The position numbers and the translations under genes were made by a program. Under the pieces are notes generated by a model. It made no database searches. It was not told the origin of the DNA and saw nothing but the letters and a program-made list of their open reading frames with translations. A stretch of DNA of 64,000 nucleotides from Eutreptiella sp. 'Long Island Sound 2002' (taxonomy: Eukaryota; Protista; Euglenida), in assembly GCA_964036045.1 (NCBI GenBank), contig OZ038378.1:14942001-15006000 (forward strand), written 5' to 3'. This document shows, in pieces, positions 46,528 to 58,899 of the stretch; the first letter of the stretch is position 1; each line of letters opens with the position of its first letter.

Positions 46528-47621
46528 TCACCCGCGGCGTCGTGTACTGCTGATGAACACCCGTCTGGCCGTGGGTGTGTTGAGTAGCCGTTGTACCACC
46601 TCCTGGGTCTTCCCATGAATCGTGTCTAGTGTATGCATCTGTAACGCTCTGGATACAAGGTTGGCCGGGTTGTATTCAGATGCCACTCTGTACATGTGTG
46701 GTGTGACTCCACTCCTTCTTAGCGTGTGGTGGAGGCGCCTGAGTATGCGCTGCTGGTGTCGCATCGGTGCTCGTGTTCGCTGTTGTACCACCTGCTGTAG
46801 CGTCACCAGTTCATCGCCCACCACGTCGACGTGCTTCTGCTGCCAGCTTGATGGCTGTTTCGAGGCCATACAATTCCGCTACTTGTTGCGTGCGGACCCA
46901 CGCTGGTGCCTGCCACATGCGGTATCCCAGGGCTTGTCCCCGTAGTCCGATAACGAAAAAGCTCTTATATGGTGCTGCGTCCACAAACCACCTGGTGCCA
47001 GTTTCAGGGGTGCTGGCTGCCCGCCACGGTCTGAACGCCGCGGCTATTGCCTCAGAGATGCTGCGGGCCATTGCCGGCGGTGTGTGTCTCGCCGCAGCGG
47101 GCCCCCACTGTAGCCACGCGTACGCGCCCGCCAAGAACGGCATCGCCGTGTTTCCCGGCTTGGATGCCCACAGCAAACCTGCGGAGGCGCTGCTGGCCAT
47201 ACCCAGTCGTACAGAGGGCCACGAGCCCCAGCATAAGGGAGGCCAAGTAGTGGGCGTCCGACTTGATGGTGTAGTGGTGGCCGTCGATGTGTTTCCCCAT
47301 CCATTGCATGGTTGGTGATGGGGTCAATTCCGATTTGGGGCTTACCATCCATCCGGCTGCCTGCAGCCTGTCCGCCAGGTCACGTGTGTCTTCGCTGAGA
47401 AGCCGCTGCAGTGTATTGATTGCCAGGACGTCGTCCAAGTACTGGATGATCACGACCTCCTTTGGGTGCCGCACGTTAGGGAACATGCCGAGGAGTTCTT
47501 GTGCCAGCGCCGGGTTGTGCGCCCAGCCAAATGGCAATCCCAGGAACCCGTATACATCTTCCCCGATCTGTACTCGGATGCCCACGTCGCATCCTAGTGG
47601 CCTCCGACATGTGCAGAACAT
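46528..47621 (-). mobile_element. DIRS-order (tyrosine-recombinase retrotransposon) RT plus RNase H fragment, 5'-truncated and frameshifted
   Basis: RT motifs are GLPFGWAHNP, IQYLDD and GWMVSPKSELTPSPTMQWMG. RNase H motifs are WFVDAA, QQVAEL, VVGD and VASEYNPANLVSR. They are spread over three frames. Confidence 0.85.
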
Positions 47622-48463
47622 ACAGACATACCCCTAACACTTACCCTAACCCAACGTGACGGCTGCCTTGGTAATAAGGTGCTGCTCCATGCACACACCC
47701 CGGTGAGAACCATGCATTGCATCATTCTAGCATCATGTGGTGAACATGCATGCATAACCCTTTGTTCCATTCACCATTATTGACAAAATTTTTCTTTTGA
47801 CACCCTTGGAGCTAATGGAAATTACGGCCCCTGTCATGGGGGCCCTTCTCCAAGCCCCCCCCCTCCCGGTTTTGGTACGCTTCTGTGAGCCCCACACCCC
47901 CCCAAAGCAAAAGTGAGAGTCGCACCCGAAACCCTGCCATCCACGCATTCCTTTCCCTGGTTCACGGATTTCACTTCCGACCCAGCCAAGCCATCCGGAC
48001 AATGCCGCCCAAGACCCATGCCCCACCGCCAGCTCTCCATCCTTTTGGACCAAGACCAGTTGTTGATGCGTGGAATGATATGTCCATGAGCAAGTGGGCA
48101 GTGTGTATCCCACCGCGACACTTGGGTTGCACCACCCAGCCATGAGTTGCAAAAGCAGGCCTCTCCCTCCCACCGCCCAAGCCTACACTGCCCCACCTCA
48201 ATGGTGGCCATTCCCGGTGGGGGGGGGGGGGGGCACGTGTGGTCCTCCTGCCACGAGCAAACCCCATTGCGCCTCCAACTCACCGGGGCTACCAAATTTC
48301 ACTCTAACGGTGAGAGAGTTGCAGTGTATGTGTGTAGCGCGAGGATGCTAAAAATTCTACCCTCTACTCCTTGTCCCTGCCTCAGGGAAACGCCAAATCC
48401 CCGAGGAGACACTTGCCAAGTGACTGCCCCCCTTCCCAACCCCCAAGGGAACTGTATTGCCAC

Positions 48464-48466
<3 letters not shown>

Positions 48467-48502
<36 letters not shown>
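48467..48502. repeat. (AC)n microsatellite
   Basis: Directly visible in the sequence. Confidence 0.95.
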
Positions 48503-48504
<2 letters not shown>

Positions 48505-48627
48505 TGGGGCACAGAAATGGCAGGGGAAAACGAAGCAACAAAGCATAAGAAACGTTGGTGTGCAGAGATTGTCAAGGCCAAAACAAAATGACAAAATAAA
48601 AGCAACAGGCTGCCAATGCAATGAAAC

Positions 48628-48960
48628 TTACTCCTTGAGTGGCTCCGAATTAAACTTCTGGGTACTGCTCCATTTGACCTTGAACTCCTGAACACGTTCA
48701 CCACTTTCCAAAGGGATGCGTCGGGCAGCACCCTTGGGTGGTGTTTTGGCCCTTTTGGCAGGAGGCTTGGCAGAAACAGGGGCCAGCAGTGAGAGGCAAT
48801 GTACAATCATGCAGCACTGTCTTGCCTTCACGCTCATAAGTGATGTGGCGATACCATGCTCTGAGTATCCAATGACCTGCGCCAAAGCAGGTGCACCTGT
48901 GGAGCGAATGAATATTGCAGTCGTCTCAGGGGTATACACGGTTGTGCTATCAGGTTCCAC
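48628..48960 (-). pseudogene. Decayed 'MEPDS' ORF, copy B (Tudor/SH3-like module, Pro/Ala/Lys linker, VQEFKVKW)
   Basis: MEPDSTTVYTPETTAIFIRSTGAPALAQVIGYSEHG, then a frameshift to YRHITYEREGKTVLHD, then AKPPAKRAK and ERVQEFKVKWS. Confidence 0.6.
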
Positions 48961-50784
48961 TTCAGAGAAAGTGATTCAAATTGTCATGCCAACATACGGG
49001 GGATACAAGTGGCAGTGCCTCACAACACACTGACCCTGAGGGCCCCCTGAAGACAACACAGTGACCCGTAACAAAATTCTGGTGTTGACCTAGTAACGTT
49101 CCCAACCCCCAGCCCCTGGTAAGGACAGGGGGGGGGGGGGGTACGGACTGCATTGCTACCTTGGCCTTGGGTGGCAGAGTGTCATCTGAGAGCCGGAAAA
49201 AGACAACCTCACCAGCAGCGTACATGGGAATTCTGTGAAAAAGTACTTTCAGGAAAAATACTGTGTAACCAGGGGGTGGTTCTGGTTCTTGCACACAGGA
49301 GGCGGGGAGAGCTACGAGAGGCAGAATCATTCACTTTACTTCATGCAATGCATTCTATCTCATTGCTGTATGTTCAGATGCGGAGGACCAAATGCATTTC
49401 ATGTACCTCCCCCCCCCCTTGTAATCTCTCCACCAATGTCGTGATGGGATTGCACCACAAAACTGTACCATAGTATCACAGTGGAAATCAGCTTCGGCGC
49501 CTTGTAAAAATTTTCTTTGGGCCAAGTGACTGTTCCCCCCCTGGGGGGGGGGGGGGTTGCGAAGGGGGGGGGGGGGTTACAAGGGGGGTATAAGGTACAA
49601 TTCATTCACATGCACGATTCTCCTTCTCTTGTGCGCCTGGAAAACTGGTTGCCCATCTCCGCAGTGACATGCAGAGAACAAGCTCTGTGTGCAATGCTAG
49701 GCCCTGGAATTCATCTCGCACAATCATGAGGTGGTGCACACCAATGGGCACCTTTCTCAACAGGGTTGGATGTAAGCGGGGTCAGATGTGGTCAGAAGGA
49801 GGTCAGAGTGTTGAGTCAGACATGGGACGCATGCCCATTTTCACAGGTGTCACTACACAATGGAAAGAGGGGGCCACCAAAGAGCAAGCAGAAATATCAC
49901 ACCGCTCCCTGCCTTGGGCTGCCTCCTGTACATCTGACACAACCTGGTCAGGAAGGAAGGAAGGAAATCATATTAAGGAGCAATAGTCCATGGGGCTTCT
50001 ACCCATTCCAGCCCCCAAACTCACCCACACTGACCCAACCTGGTCAGTGTTCCTTGGCTTTTTTGGGGAGGTCCAGGCCATGGCAAGCTGGTGAAACAAC
50101 AGGTCCCATTGTTTGGCGACGAAGGGACCAAGGTGGTCATCCTCGGGAATTGCTCCAGAAACTCTCACAGTGCATTGTCATGAGTATGGCGCCAGAGGCG
50201 CCGTCACAGATTGTTCGAAGTGTGTCTGCATTGGGCATTGTTTGGCCATAAAGCGACAATCGTGCATGCTATCTAGAAAGGCGCCATTAGACACCCCCAC
50301 CAATGGGATTTCAGGTCAGGACCGTGCCTTGAGGCCACGTCAGGATGACTCTTGATTACCCTCATGCCTTGGGCCATGTCTGCCCTGGCACATGTACGGC
50401 GCCGGAGGCGCCCCCACCGATTGTCACGCCGCCCCTGACCTTGTTGCGTTTGTGTCGTGAAACATCTGTACTAAACCCATCACTGTCATAATTCAAATGT
50501 TTGGAGGGTGACAACCATTGTCGTTCTATGCCCATACAATTTACAGCACGGATGTAAGCGAAACTCGCTTGCGTGAGAATCACTCTGGCATTCCGACCAG
50601 CAGGGGGCTCGATGTGCTGAAATTGGCAAATGTGACGACAAACCCATGTCTTATGTGGCCGCACTACATTTCGTACATAAACTAAATTACGTACACAATT
50701 ATTACGGTCCCTACGTCTACTGTAGCTTGGACAAGGGCGTAGCTTATACAAAGGGGGGGGGGGGTACATCAAGTATTTTTCTTG

Positions 50785-50946
50785 GCTCAGACCAAGATGA
50801 GCTGGCGTAGCCTGCTCACTTTACAGTACTCTTAAGTACTTAAGTACTTAAGCTCTCGGAATCAAGGTTCAGAGCTGTCCAGTGCTACGATCATCCCACA
50901 ATGGCTGTGGTAGCAGGTCTGACACGGGATTAGCTGAGTCTGAAAC
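50785..50946 (+). repeat. Dispersed ~150-bp repeat, copy 2
   Basis: Same blocks as 4891-5046, with an internal TACTTAAG micro-duplication. Confidence 0.8.
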
Positions 50947-51959
50947 CAGATTCCAACAGTACGTCAAGTTTCACGCGGCAGAGCTGCAGCACACACTGGT
51001 GTTGCTTGGCCATAGAATGAACTATGGTCGTCACCTCCAGAATCACTCTGGCATTCACAGCAGTACTTCATGTACCTCCCTCCCCCCTTGTAATCTCCCC
51101 ACCAATGCCGTGACGGTTCCTTCCCACAGGGGGCCGCAATTGGTCAGGTGTGGACCCGCCACTATCGCTCCAGCCGCGCCTGCCCCACGGCCTTCATTGC
51201 TCTACCAGTTCATTGCTTGTGTTCGTGGCAATTGGCCCACTTCGCAGTCCATTCGTGTCCTTCTCCCTTCCTCCCTGGCTGGGGTTCGGGATCTGGGCTC
51301 CTGGGTTCTGGGCTTTATGGCTTTATCGCCCGGTCACTTCACACTGGTTCTGAGTCCGGGTCGTGGCGTACATTCCGGGTACCATGTTTGGTCCACCTGT
51401 GCGTTGGTCATGCTTGCTGTCGCTGGCCTCTCCTGGCCACACTCCCGTTGCTCAGTGTGCCTCCAAGGGCATGGTGGGCTCACGGTGTGAGAAGTTAAAG
51501 GCCAGCCTTCCCACAGGGGGGGGTCACAGTGTAAATCAGCTTTGGCGCCTTATGCGCCTGGTAAAAGTTTTCTTTGGCGCCTAGTAGTTTCAATGCTTTT
51601 AGGGCCAAGTGACCGTTCCCCCCAAAAGGGGGGGGGGGGGTATCACGCAGCGAAGCCAGGACAAACATTGTCTATGCAGTTCAGCGAAGTGCCATCAGGC
51701 GCCTACACAGATTGTCCTGCAGTGCCTGAGATCGTCACTGACGCTCCCACAGCTCCGTTGACAGCTGCAGCAATGTTCGGATCCGGCAGCCTGAGCTACC
51801 CTGGTAGCACAACACAAAGACTGGCACCTGTGACGTGTGCACGCGCGTGTGCGTCAGTGTGTGCATGTGTGTTGATCTGCACTTTTCCCAAGAACTGCAG
51901 GGAAATGGACTGACCCATCCTCCTTGGGATGGATCTCCCATCAAAGGCCCAAATGGTGA

Positions 51960-53030
51960 ATGTCACCGCACAAAAAGATCCCGGAGCTTCCACTGTGCCT
52001 CATAGTGCTGCATATGGCGCCCATACTGTTGCAACACTGCTGCCTCTCAGCCTAGTCGATAATTGCGAGGTCTGTGAGCAGCGTCTTTTTGTTGATCTTG
52101 CCCAAAGCATTGCCACAGGGACTTGTGGGAAAACATTTTGGTCTGCGATGTGCTTTGGACCCCTTCCCGGAAGGCAGAGGAGTATGTCATCTGCATACAG
52201 CAGCACCACCACCTCCACCCGTAGGCGTTCAGGTCAAGAATCAGTAAAATTGTAATGACGTCAAAAATGGTGGGGGAAGAGGTCCCCCTGCCAAATTCCT
52301 GAGCGTGGCCACAGCTCCGCGTCTGATACGTACGCCCTCCCCACACAAAAAAGAATTGGACCAGCGGCCACCTACATCAGTAACTCCACATAGACCACAG
52401 GGAGGCCCAAAACAACAGAGTGACCTGCAGCAAATCTAAAGAGACCGAATCGTATGCTTTCTGAAAATCGATAGCGACCATCATCTGGTCTAGCAAACGC
52501 TCCCACTCAGGGCTGCAAACAGAAGGCGGTCAATCATCTGCCTACCTAGGACACATCCTTTTCGATTCTGTGGGATTATTAAGGGGCACACATCCGCCAG
52601 CTGCAGCATTATGGTGGTGGCCACCCATTTCATACACACCTCTTGGAGCAATAGGTGGCGCAGGTCCTTTGTCCATTCCGCCCCGACAAACTTAGGCAAA
52701 CACGGCAGCAGTGCCACCGGCCACGCGTCCGGGACCCCCCCCCCTCCCTCAGGAAATGCTGCATGGCACCTAAGGAAGAGGCACTATCCCAGCACATGAC
52801 CAGGAACACAAAATGATGTCCAATTGTGCCACAGTGGTCAGTATTCCAGAAGATCATCCTATTGATCCGCAACATATACTAGCATGTACCAGAAGCATAT
52901 TGAGGGAGGCCCCCCAGAATAGAGCCCATATGGCCTACAAAATCTATCTCGGAGACAATACTAAACTTAGAGGAAAGACGAGAATCAGGGTGGTCCTAAA
53001 GAGAAAAAAATTTGTTCCGAAACGGCAGTT
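51960..53030 (-). mobile_element. L1-like reverse transcriptase fragment, degenerate
   Basis: Motifs in order are MKWVATTIMLQL, GRQMID, VAIDFQKAYDSV, GIWQGD / SPTIF, LLYADDIL and KINKKT, with several frameshifts. Confidence 0.85.
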
Positions 53031-54859
53031 TTGCAAAAAGGCTGTGTGTAGCTCATATGTTCAACCATGGTTGGTGGCGATTGACAGTTGGTGGTTGGTG
53101 GGGGTTGGTGGTTGGTGATTGATTGGTGGTTGGTGGCGGTTGGTAGTAGTTAGCAGTAGGCGGTTGGTCACCGTTGGCGGTTGACGGTTGGTGGCGGCTG
53201 CTGGTTGGCAGTTGGTGGTCCCTGGGGGCAGTCCTTAAGGGCGGTCCTTTGCAAAAAAAAAAGACTTGGGGTCCTCAAGGACCGCCCTGATGAGAAGAGT
53301 CACGAAAACCTGCAGAGACAAAATGCTCGTTCTGCAGGGTTGACAAGCATCATCATCACTTTCCGCTGTGACGAATCAGCAGCAGTCCAGACGGGCTCAC
53401 CCGACGTCTGGTGTGAAGCATGTACATCCTGGGCACTGTGGCAGCCCCTGGACAACACCAAAGACATGCTGGTGCAGCCAACACAGACTGATGTCTATTT
53501 CCGCTTATGGGCGCGTTCATAGCACCAACCCTGTACGTTGTATGGCCATAGAACAGTGGAAAGTCCAGCAATAGGTCCCCACCGACAGACCTATGCCCAC
53601 ACTCTTAAAGTATCACGCAGCACAGCCGTGACACAGATTGTGTTGAATGTCCAGCAGGGCACCGTTGCATGGACAGAGGGGGTGGGGTACGATTGTCCCA
53701 CAAAGCAATGTGGTATAACAGACATAACACGCAATGAGGATAAGCTGAATCTGATACTAGGACGTGCATCGGGGACTGCCACTCCTGTAGGCACTTGCTG
53801 CGTCAGTGTTCCGGGGCTTTGGATTGGCCAGAGGCTGGCAGGCAGGCAGTACCTACCTACCCTTTCCCCCCCTTGCAAACTCCCGGGTTAGCGCGTGACG
53901 GTCTCCCGGGTGGGGGGGGGGGGAGACGGTCGCCAAGTGACGGTCTCCCGGGGGGGGGGGGATTGCAAGGGTATTTCAAGGCAAACTGTGGTACCCTCCA
54001 CCGATGCAAGCAAAGAGAACACGTGTGATGCGACTTTCGCATTGATGCGGTGCCAAATGTGTTTCATCCAACACTAATGTTATTGAGGATCCAAAGGAAC
54101 GGTGAAGAACTTCTGGGTACGAGAATAACACACTTTGAAAAAATGGGAAAGCAATGCAAGGCCATGCGTAAACCAGATGGGCAACACAAACCAGCACAAA
54201 TACATGTTAACTAGAAAAACATGGAAGTGACGGTCTCCTGGGTGGGGGGGGGAGATTGCAAGGGGGGGGAGTTTGCAAGGGGGGGACAGGGTACTACCTC
54301 AGTGCCTGGTCCATGTATGAGTATGATGACCTGCACCCCTGGATACCGAAACATGCAGCAGTAAGTGGCAGGACAGGAAAGAAATCATCTTCAGGAGCAT
54401 AGCCCATGTGCTGGATGGCGACTGGACCCCCAACATGGCTCTCCGAAATGGATCGCCGGGCGATGAGGGTAGCCATCACAACGGTAGAGCAAGGGGCATC
54501 CTGGTTTCACTGGTGAAGGTTGCTCACATCGCTTGCCCATGGCCATCCAACGGCTGGCAGAGCAGTAATCAGGGCCGCAAAATCTCATAACCAGCCCCAA
54601 CTCAGAAAAAATTGCATCTTCATAGACAACCAGAAGAAGGAACCACCAAGTTCCGTGGTGCCGAAAGTTGCGGATACAACACCTTGGGGGCGTTGTCGCA
54701 CGGTGCGCGCACGGTGCGCGCACGGTGCGTGCACGGTGCGCGCACGGTTCAATGTTTTTGGGATGGTTGCCCAACTTGTACCCTGTTGAATGGCCCCCAT
54801 AGAAACCAGGGGTTGCCATAATAAAAAAAAAAAAACTCGGAGTGTCCAATACGCCCTAT

Positions 54860-55132
54860 GATGGCGGCCGGTGGGTAACTGATGGCGGTTGGTGGGTAAC
54901 CGATGGCGGTTGGTGTGTAACCGATGGCGGTTGGTGTGTAACCGATGGCGGTTGGTGTGTAACCGATGGCGGTTGGTGGGTAACCGATGGCGGTTGGTGG
55001 GTAACCGATGGCGGTTGGTGGGTAACCGATGGCGGTTGGTGTGTAACCGATGGCGGTTGGTGGGTAATTGATAGCGGTTGGTGTGTAACCGATGGCGGTT
55101 GGTGGGTAACCGATGGCGGTTGGTGGGTAGCC
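54860..55132. repeat. 21-bp minisatellite, 13 units
   Basis: GATGGCGGTTGGTG(G/T)GTAACC repeats in tandem. A degenerate related tract lies at about 53080-53220. Confidence 0.95.
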
Positions 55133-55479
55133 ACCAAACATCAGAGAGTGGCTGCCTTAGTAAAAAAAAAAAAAGGCTGAGCGTCCTTATGGCAACCCCT
55201 GATAGAAACACACCTAGGGTCCTGATTTCTGCACCTTGCAGTCCATACTGGCATACCAGGTTTCTTCAATTTTTAGTCTGATGCTTGTCACAGGTTCCAG
55301 GGTCCTATTTTCGGCACCCTGCAGCCCCTATTGGCGTACCGGGAATTTTTTTTTTGAATCTGATGCTTGTCACAGGTTCCAGGCTCCCAATTTCTGCACC
55401 TCGCACGCATCTCCGTAACAAACCATGCACAGGCGACAACACAAGCGACAACAATGGTTGGGTTACGGGAATTTCAATT

Positions 55480-55850
55480 TCATCCGCCACAGCATTCTGG
55501 CTCATGATCATCAATTCTAGGGGCTTCAGCTTCCACTTCAGGTAATTGGGGCTCCAGCAAAGCGTCCATCGGCGCCTCATGGTGCACAGGTTGGGGGGAA
55601 TCGGGGCTCTCAGCAGTCACAATTGCAAACTCCAACCGCTCCTCGGGTGCATGCTCGTACAAGACCTCTTCACCACCCAATTCGTACCGAATAGAGACGC
55701 GGCGCCCACCTCTTGAAGAAGGGTCAACGACAGTGGCCGACACCCTATCCCCGTTGGAGCGGTGGTAGTACACAGGCAGTCCGGCGACAAGCCAGGGCAG
55801 CTCAGATTCAGGCAATGTGGATCTGCCGGAGACAGAATAAGCAAAAGGAC
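55480..55850 (-). pseudogene. Coding fragment with a Tudor/SH3-like module, copy C
   Basis: LVAGLPVYYHRSNGDRVSATVVDPSSRGGRRVSIRYELGGEEVLYEHAPEERLEFAI is followed by a Pro/Glu-rich tail. The 5' end abuts an 11-bp repeat array. Confidence 0.55.
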
Positions 55851-57129
55851 GCACGGTGCGCGCACGGTGCGCGCACGGTGCGCGCACGGTTCAGGCAACA
55901 CCCCCCTTGAGTTGTTCAGCAAGGGGTGTTGTTCTTGCAAGAGGAGTGAGGGGTCGGGGTACGTGGCAACACAAAGGCAGCCCCGCCAGTGGCCAGCAAG
56001 CGGATGGATAGGAGCACGGTAGATGGCGGGGAGAAGGGCTCAGATATGGCCATAAAGGTGGTTTGCTGAAACGTACAGACGTCCACCACCGCCTGTCGTA
56101 CATCCATAAGTTCATCACGTCAGTGCGTGCATGTGCAGTTCATTCACACAGGCTCCATGTGTCCCCTTCTTGGTTGGGGTGCTCCACTATCTATGTACGT
56201 AGCCGTGACCAGCCACAGTGACAGTGTCACCAGCATGTGTGTGAGGGGTCGAAGGCCCAACCTCCGGTGCATGTGCACGGAACAGTCATAACATTCAAGG
56301 GTGTTTGGGTGTCTGACAGACGACTCCCTCGGGGGTGGGGAAACACATCCCAAATCAGGTCTACAACCTTCGCACCCTGGTAGTACTGACGTCTGAGCTG
56401 AACTCGACGTCCTGTACATGATCGTGACTGGGCACAATAGTCGAACAGGCCAATGGCTCCGTGCCGCAGAGCATCCACTGGCACCGGAGCCAAATTGGAC
56501 TTTGCTTAAGGTCTCCCGGGGGGGGGACCTCTTGGGGGCATGGGGTGGACCTCAATCAAGGGCATAGCGTGATGGGGTACAGAGACAATCAGACCCTATC
56601 GTCACCACGAATTCAATTGCGGATCAGGTGCTTTCTTGCTTGTTCATTCAGACATGGGAGAGGGCCCCTACATCTCAAAACAGCCAGAGTCCGGGGTGGT
56701 GGGTGACTCTGGTGGGGAGTGCCCTGAGCAATCAGTGTCACATATTGAGCAGTGCCAGAAATTGGGCGTGTCTGGCGCCAGAGGCGATGCGGGTTGCCGT
56801 GGCGAGTATACAGGCTGTCTGTTGGAACGCGCCGGCATGCTGGGTGTGCTGGGCTCAGATATGGACCAACAACCCACACCACCCATAAAGTGCACACGGG
56901 AGCTGACAGGGAGCAGCAGAGGCAGACAGGGGGAGTGTTTGCCCTGCGCATGCCCTGCGCGCTACTTTCATTATGACCTTTCTAGATTCAGTACCAAAGT
57001 TCACCATTACCCAATGAGCCTCGGGATGGGGAATGTGATGACGGTCGTATCGGGGAGCGACTGCGAACACGCGGGTTCCATCAACAAGGGGGTCCAAAGG
57101 AACTTCCATAGAGACGTCAATTGCAGGAA

Positions 57130-57340
57130 ATGATGGGGATGGTGGAGGAGACTCGAGACTGGGGATACCAAAGGACATGGAGTCCATGGGGCATCGATGA
57201 TTGACGACCCGCATCACCTTGATCATGCTCCAACTCCACATGCCCATCGTGCAAAAGGCCAACCACCTTCGCAGGTACCCGAAGCCCAGTAGACTTGGGG
57301 GATCAATGGTCGGTGTTGATAGACTGAATGTCTCCGCCAT
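57130..57340 (-). pseudogene. Tudor/SH3-like module, copy D (frameshifted)
   Basis: KSTGLRVPAKVVGLLHDGHVELEHDQG, then a frameshift to VMRVVNHRCPMDSMSFGI. It aligns by eye with copy C. Confidence 0.45.
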
Positions 57341-58899
57341 AGACAGAGACGAGGGGCAAAAACTAATGCTCCACAGCAGACACGCTGAATGTATCACTGT
57401 GTACCTAGCTCAACGTGCCTGTTTGACTATACACATAGATGCACCTTGTAGCCCTAAAACGCATCAAACTAGGTGAACTGGGGGACAATAGGTGAGGGAA
57501 AGGGGCCGGTCCATATCCCCAACCAGAAAGGGGCAAGTCCATGAGGAGAAAGCATCCCAAATCGCTGCTTCCCACCCACCCACCCACTCACCCATCCGAG
57601 GGGTAGATTCCACCCCAAAAGCAAGGGTAGGAATCAGAAGTATCCCAAAAAGTTGTCCTGCACGCGCCATGCACGCCCTGCACACTCCCTCACGGTCCAT
57701 CAGGCGCAGGCCGCAGTGTCTTAGGGGGCAGTTGGTCAAGGGCACTGGTGCCAGATAGTTTCAACAACCATCAATCACATAAATCGTTGATCATCACATC
57801 ACACATGCACTCGGGCAGAAGATGCTCCGTTTACCGCTTGAGTCACTCGTTTGCGAGCATGTTGCAAACGGGTGAGTGCGTTGCAGAGCAGGGCACATTA
57901 CAGACATTTTTTTGAATCAGAAATCGGAAAGCTGGCAAAGCCCCCTTACCAGACGGTACTCCAGAGAGTGGTCGGGTTCAGGAATCAGAGCTTTCCAGTG
58001 CTACAAATTGTCCCATAGCTCAGTGTGGTAGCGGACATGACAGGTACGTAGGGTGAGCTAAACAGAAAATGCAGCCAGAACTGCCACGCCCATAGGCATC
58101 CCAAGGTGCTAATGGAGCATGGAAAAAACTGTAGGTTGAGAAGAGCCAGCGGGTTGCATTGCATACAATAACAGCATCAGAGAGGGATATGGAGACAACA
58201 TTCAGCCATAGCTGGTCACTGTTCACTGCAGGGCTGGGAACACTGCTGTCCCAGTTCTGGCTCAGGGAAGGCGGGAACGATGTGTAGTGCACACAGCCGT
58301 TTTGATGCAGGGGCCTGGGAGTACATCACATTTTTTTGTTTTGAAGCTGTCCAGCAGAATGGGACATAGTGAGGTCCTTGGCGCCCGTACATCAGACAAA
58401 CGGTCCAAGGTGACAAGCACAGACTGTCTCTTGCACAGATTCAGATTGTTTCTGACACTTGTGTACACAGCACAGCAGTCCAAAGGTTGAAAGGTTGATT
58501 CGGCTCACCATGAACGCTCCTTTGCCCGTGGTTAGGTGGTTAGGCCGCTTTGAGTTATGCTCACCTGGGGGACATCCCCATGCATTAAAAAAACACAGAC
58601 CCTCATCCCCCCTTCTAGTACCCTCCCCTTGCCCGGTACTCTTTCACCATTTGACCAGAAGGTGGTCATTAGAAAATGAAAAAAAAAACGTTGACCAGGG
58701 GGCTGGTTGTTGGACAATGCCATGGAGAGGAAGGAAAGCATACTACCCCCCCCCCCCCACCACCACCCTTGAGAAATACCCAAAATGACGGTATCCCCCC
58801 CCCCCCCGGAAACACAAGGGAGATGGGACACGAAGCAAGGCATGTAAACATGAGGGTGTACGGTCCACACACTGACGAGGAACTTGTTTGTTGCGATGT

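Noticed and set aside
47628-47655. Telomeric (TTAGGG)n next to the DIRS-order fragment, as for TATE insertion in telomeres
   Set aside because: There are only 2-3 degenerate hexamers, at a truncation point rather than a true terminus. Similar short tracts occur at 13720, 15020 and 19271 with no such association.
54585-55211. PTNRHRL / YPPTAIG / VTDGGWW repeat proteins
   Set aside because: All six frames of a 21-bp minisatellite are open, and there is no other coding evidence.
56950-57100. Ulp1-type protease (HWVMV) or RNase H (TDSLY) in 56.4-57.1 kb; similar IVIPVHM at about 21420
   Set aside because: These are isolated 4-6 residue resemblances without the remaining catalytic motifs in register.
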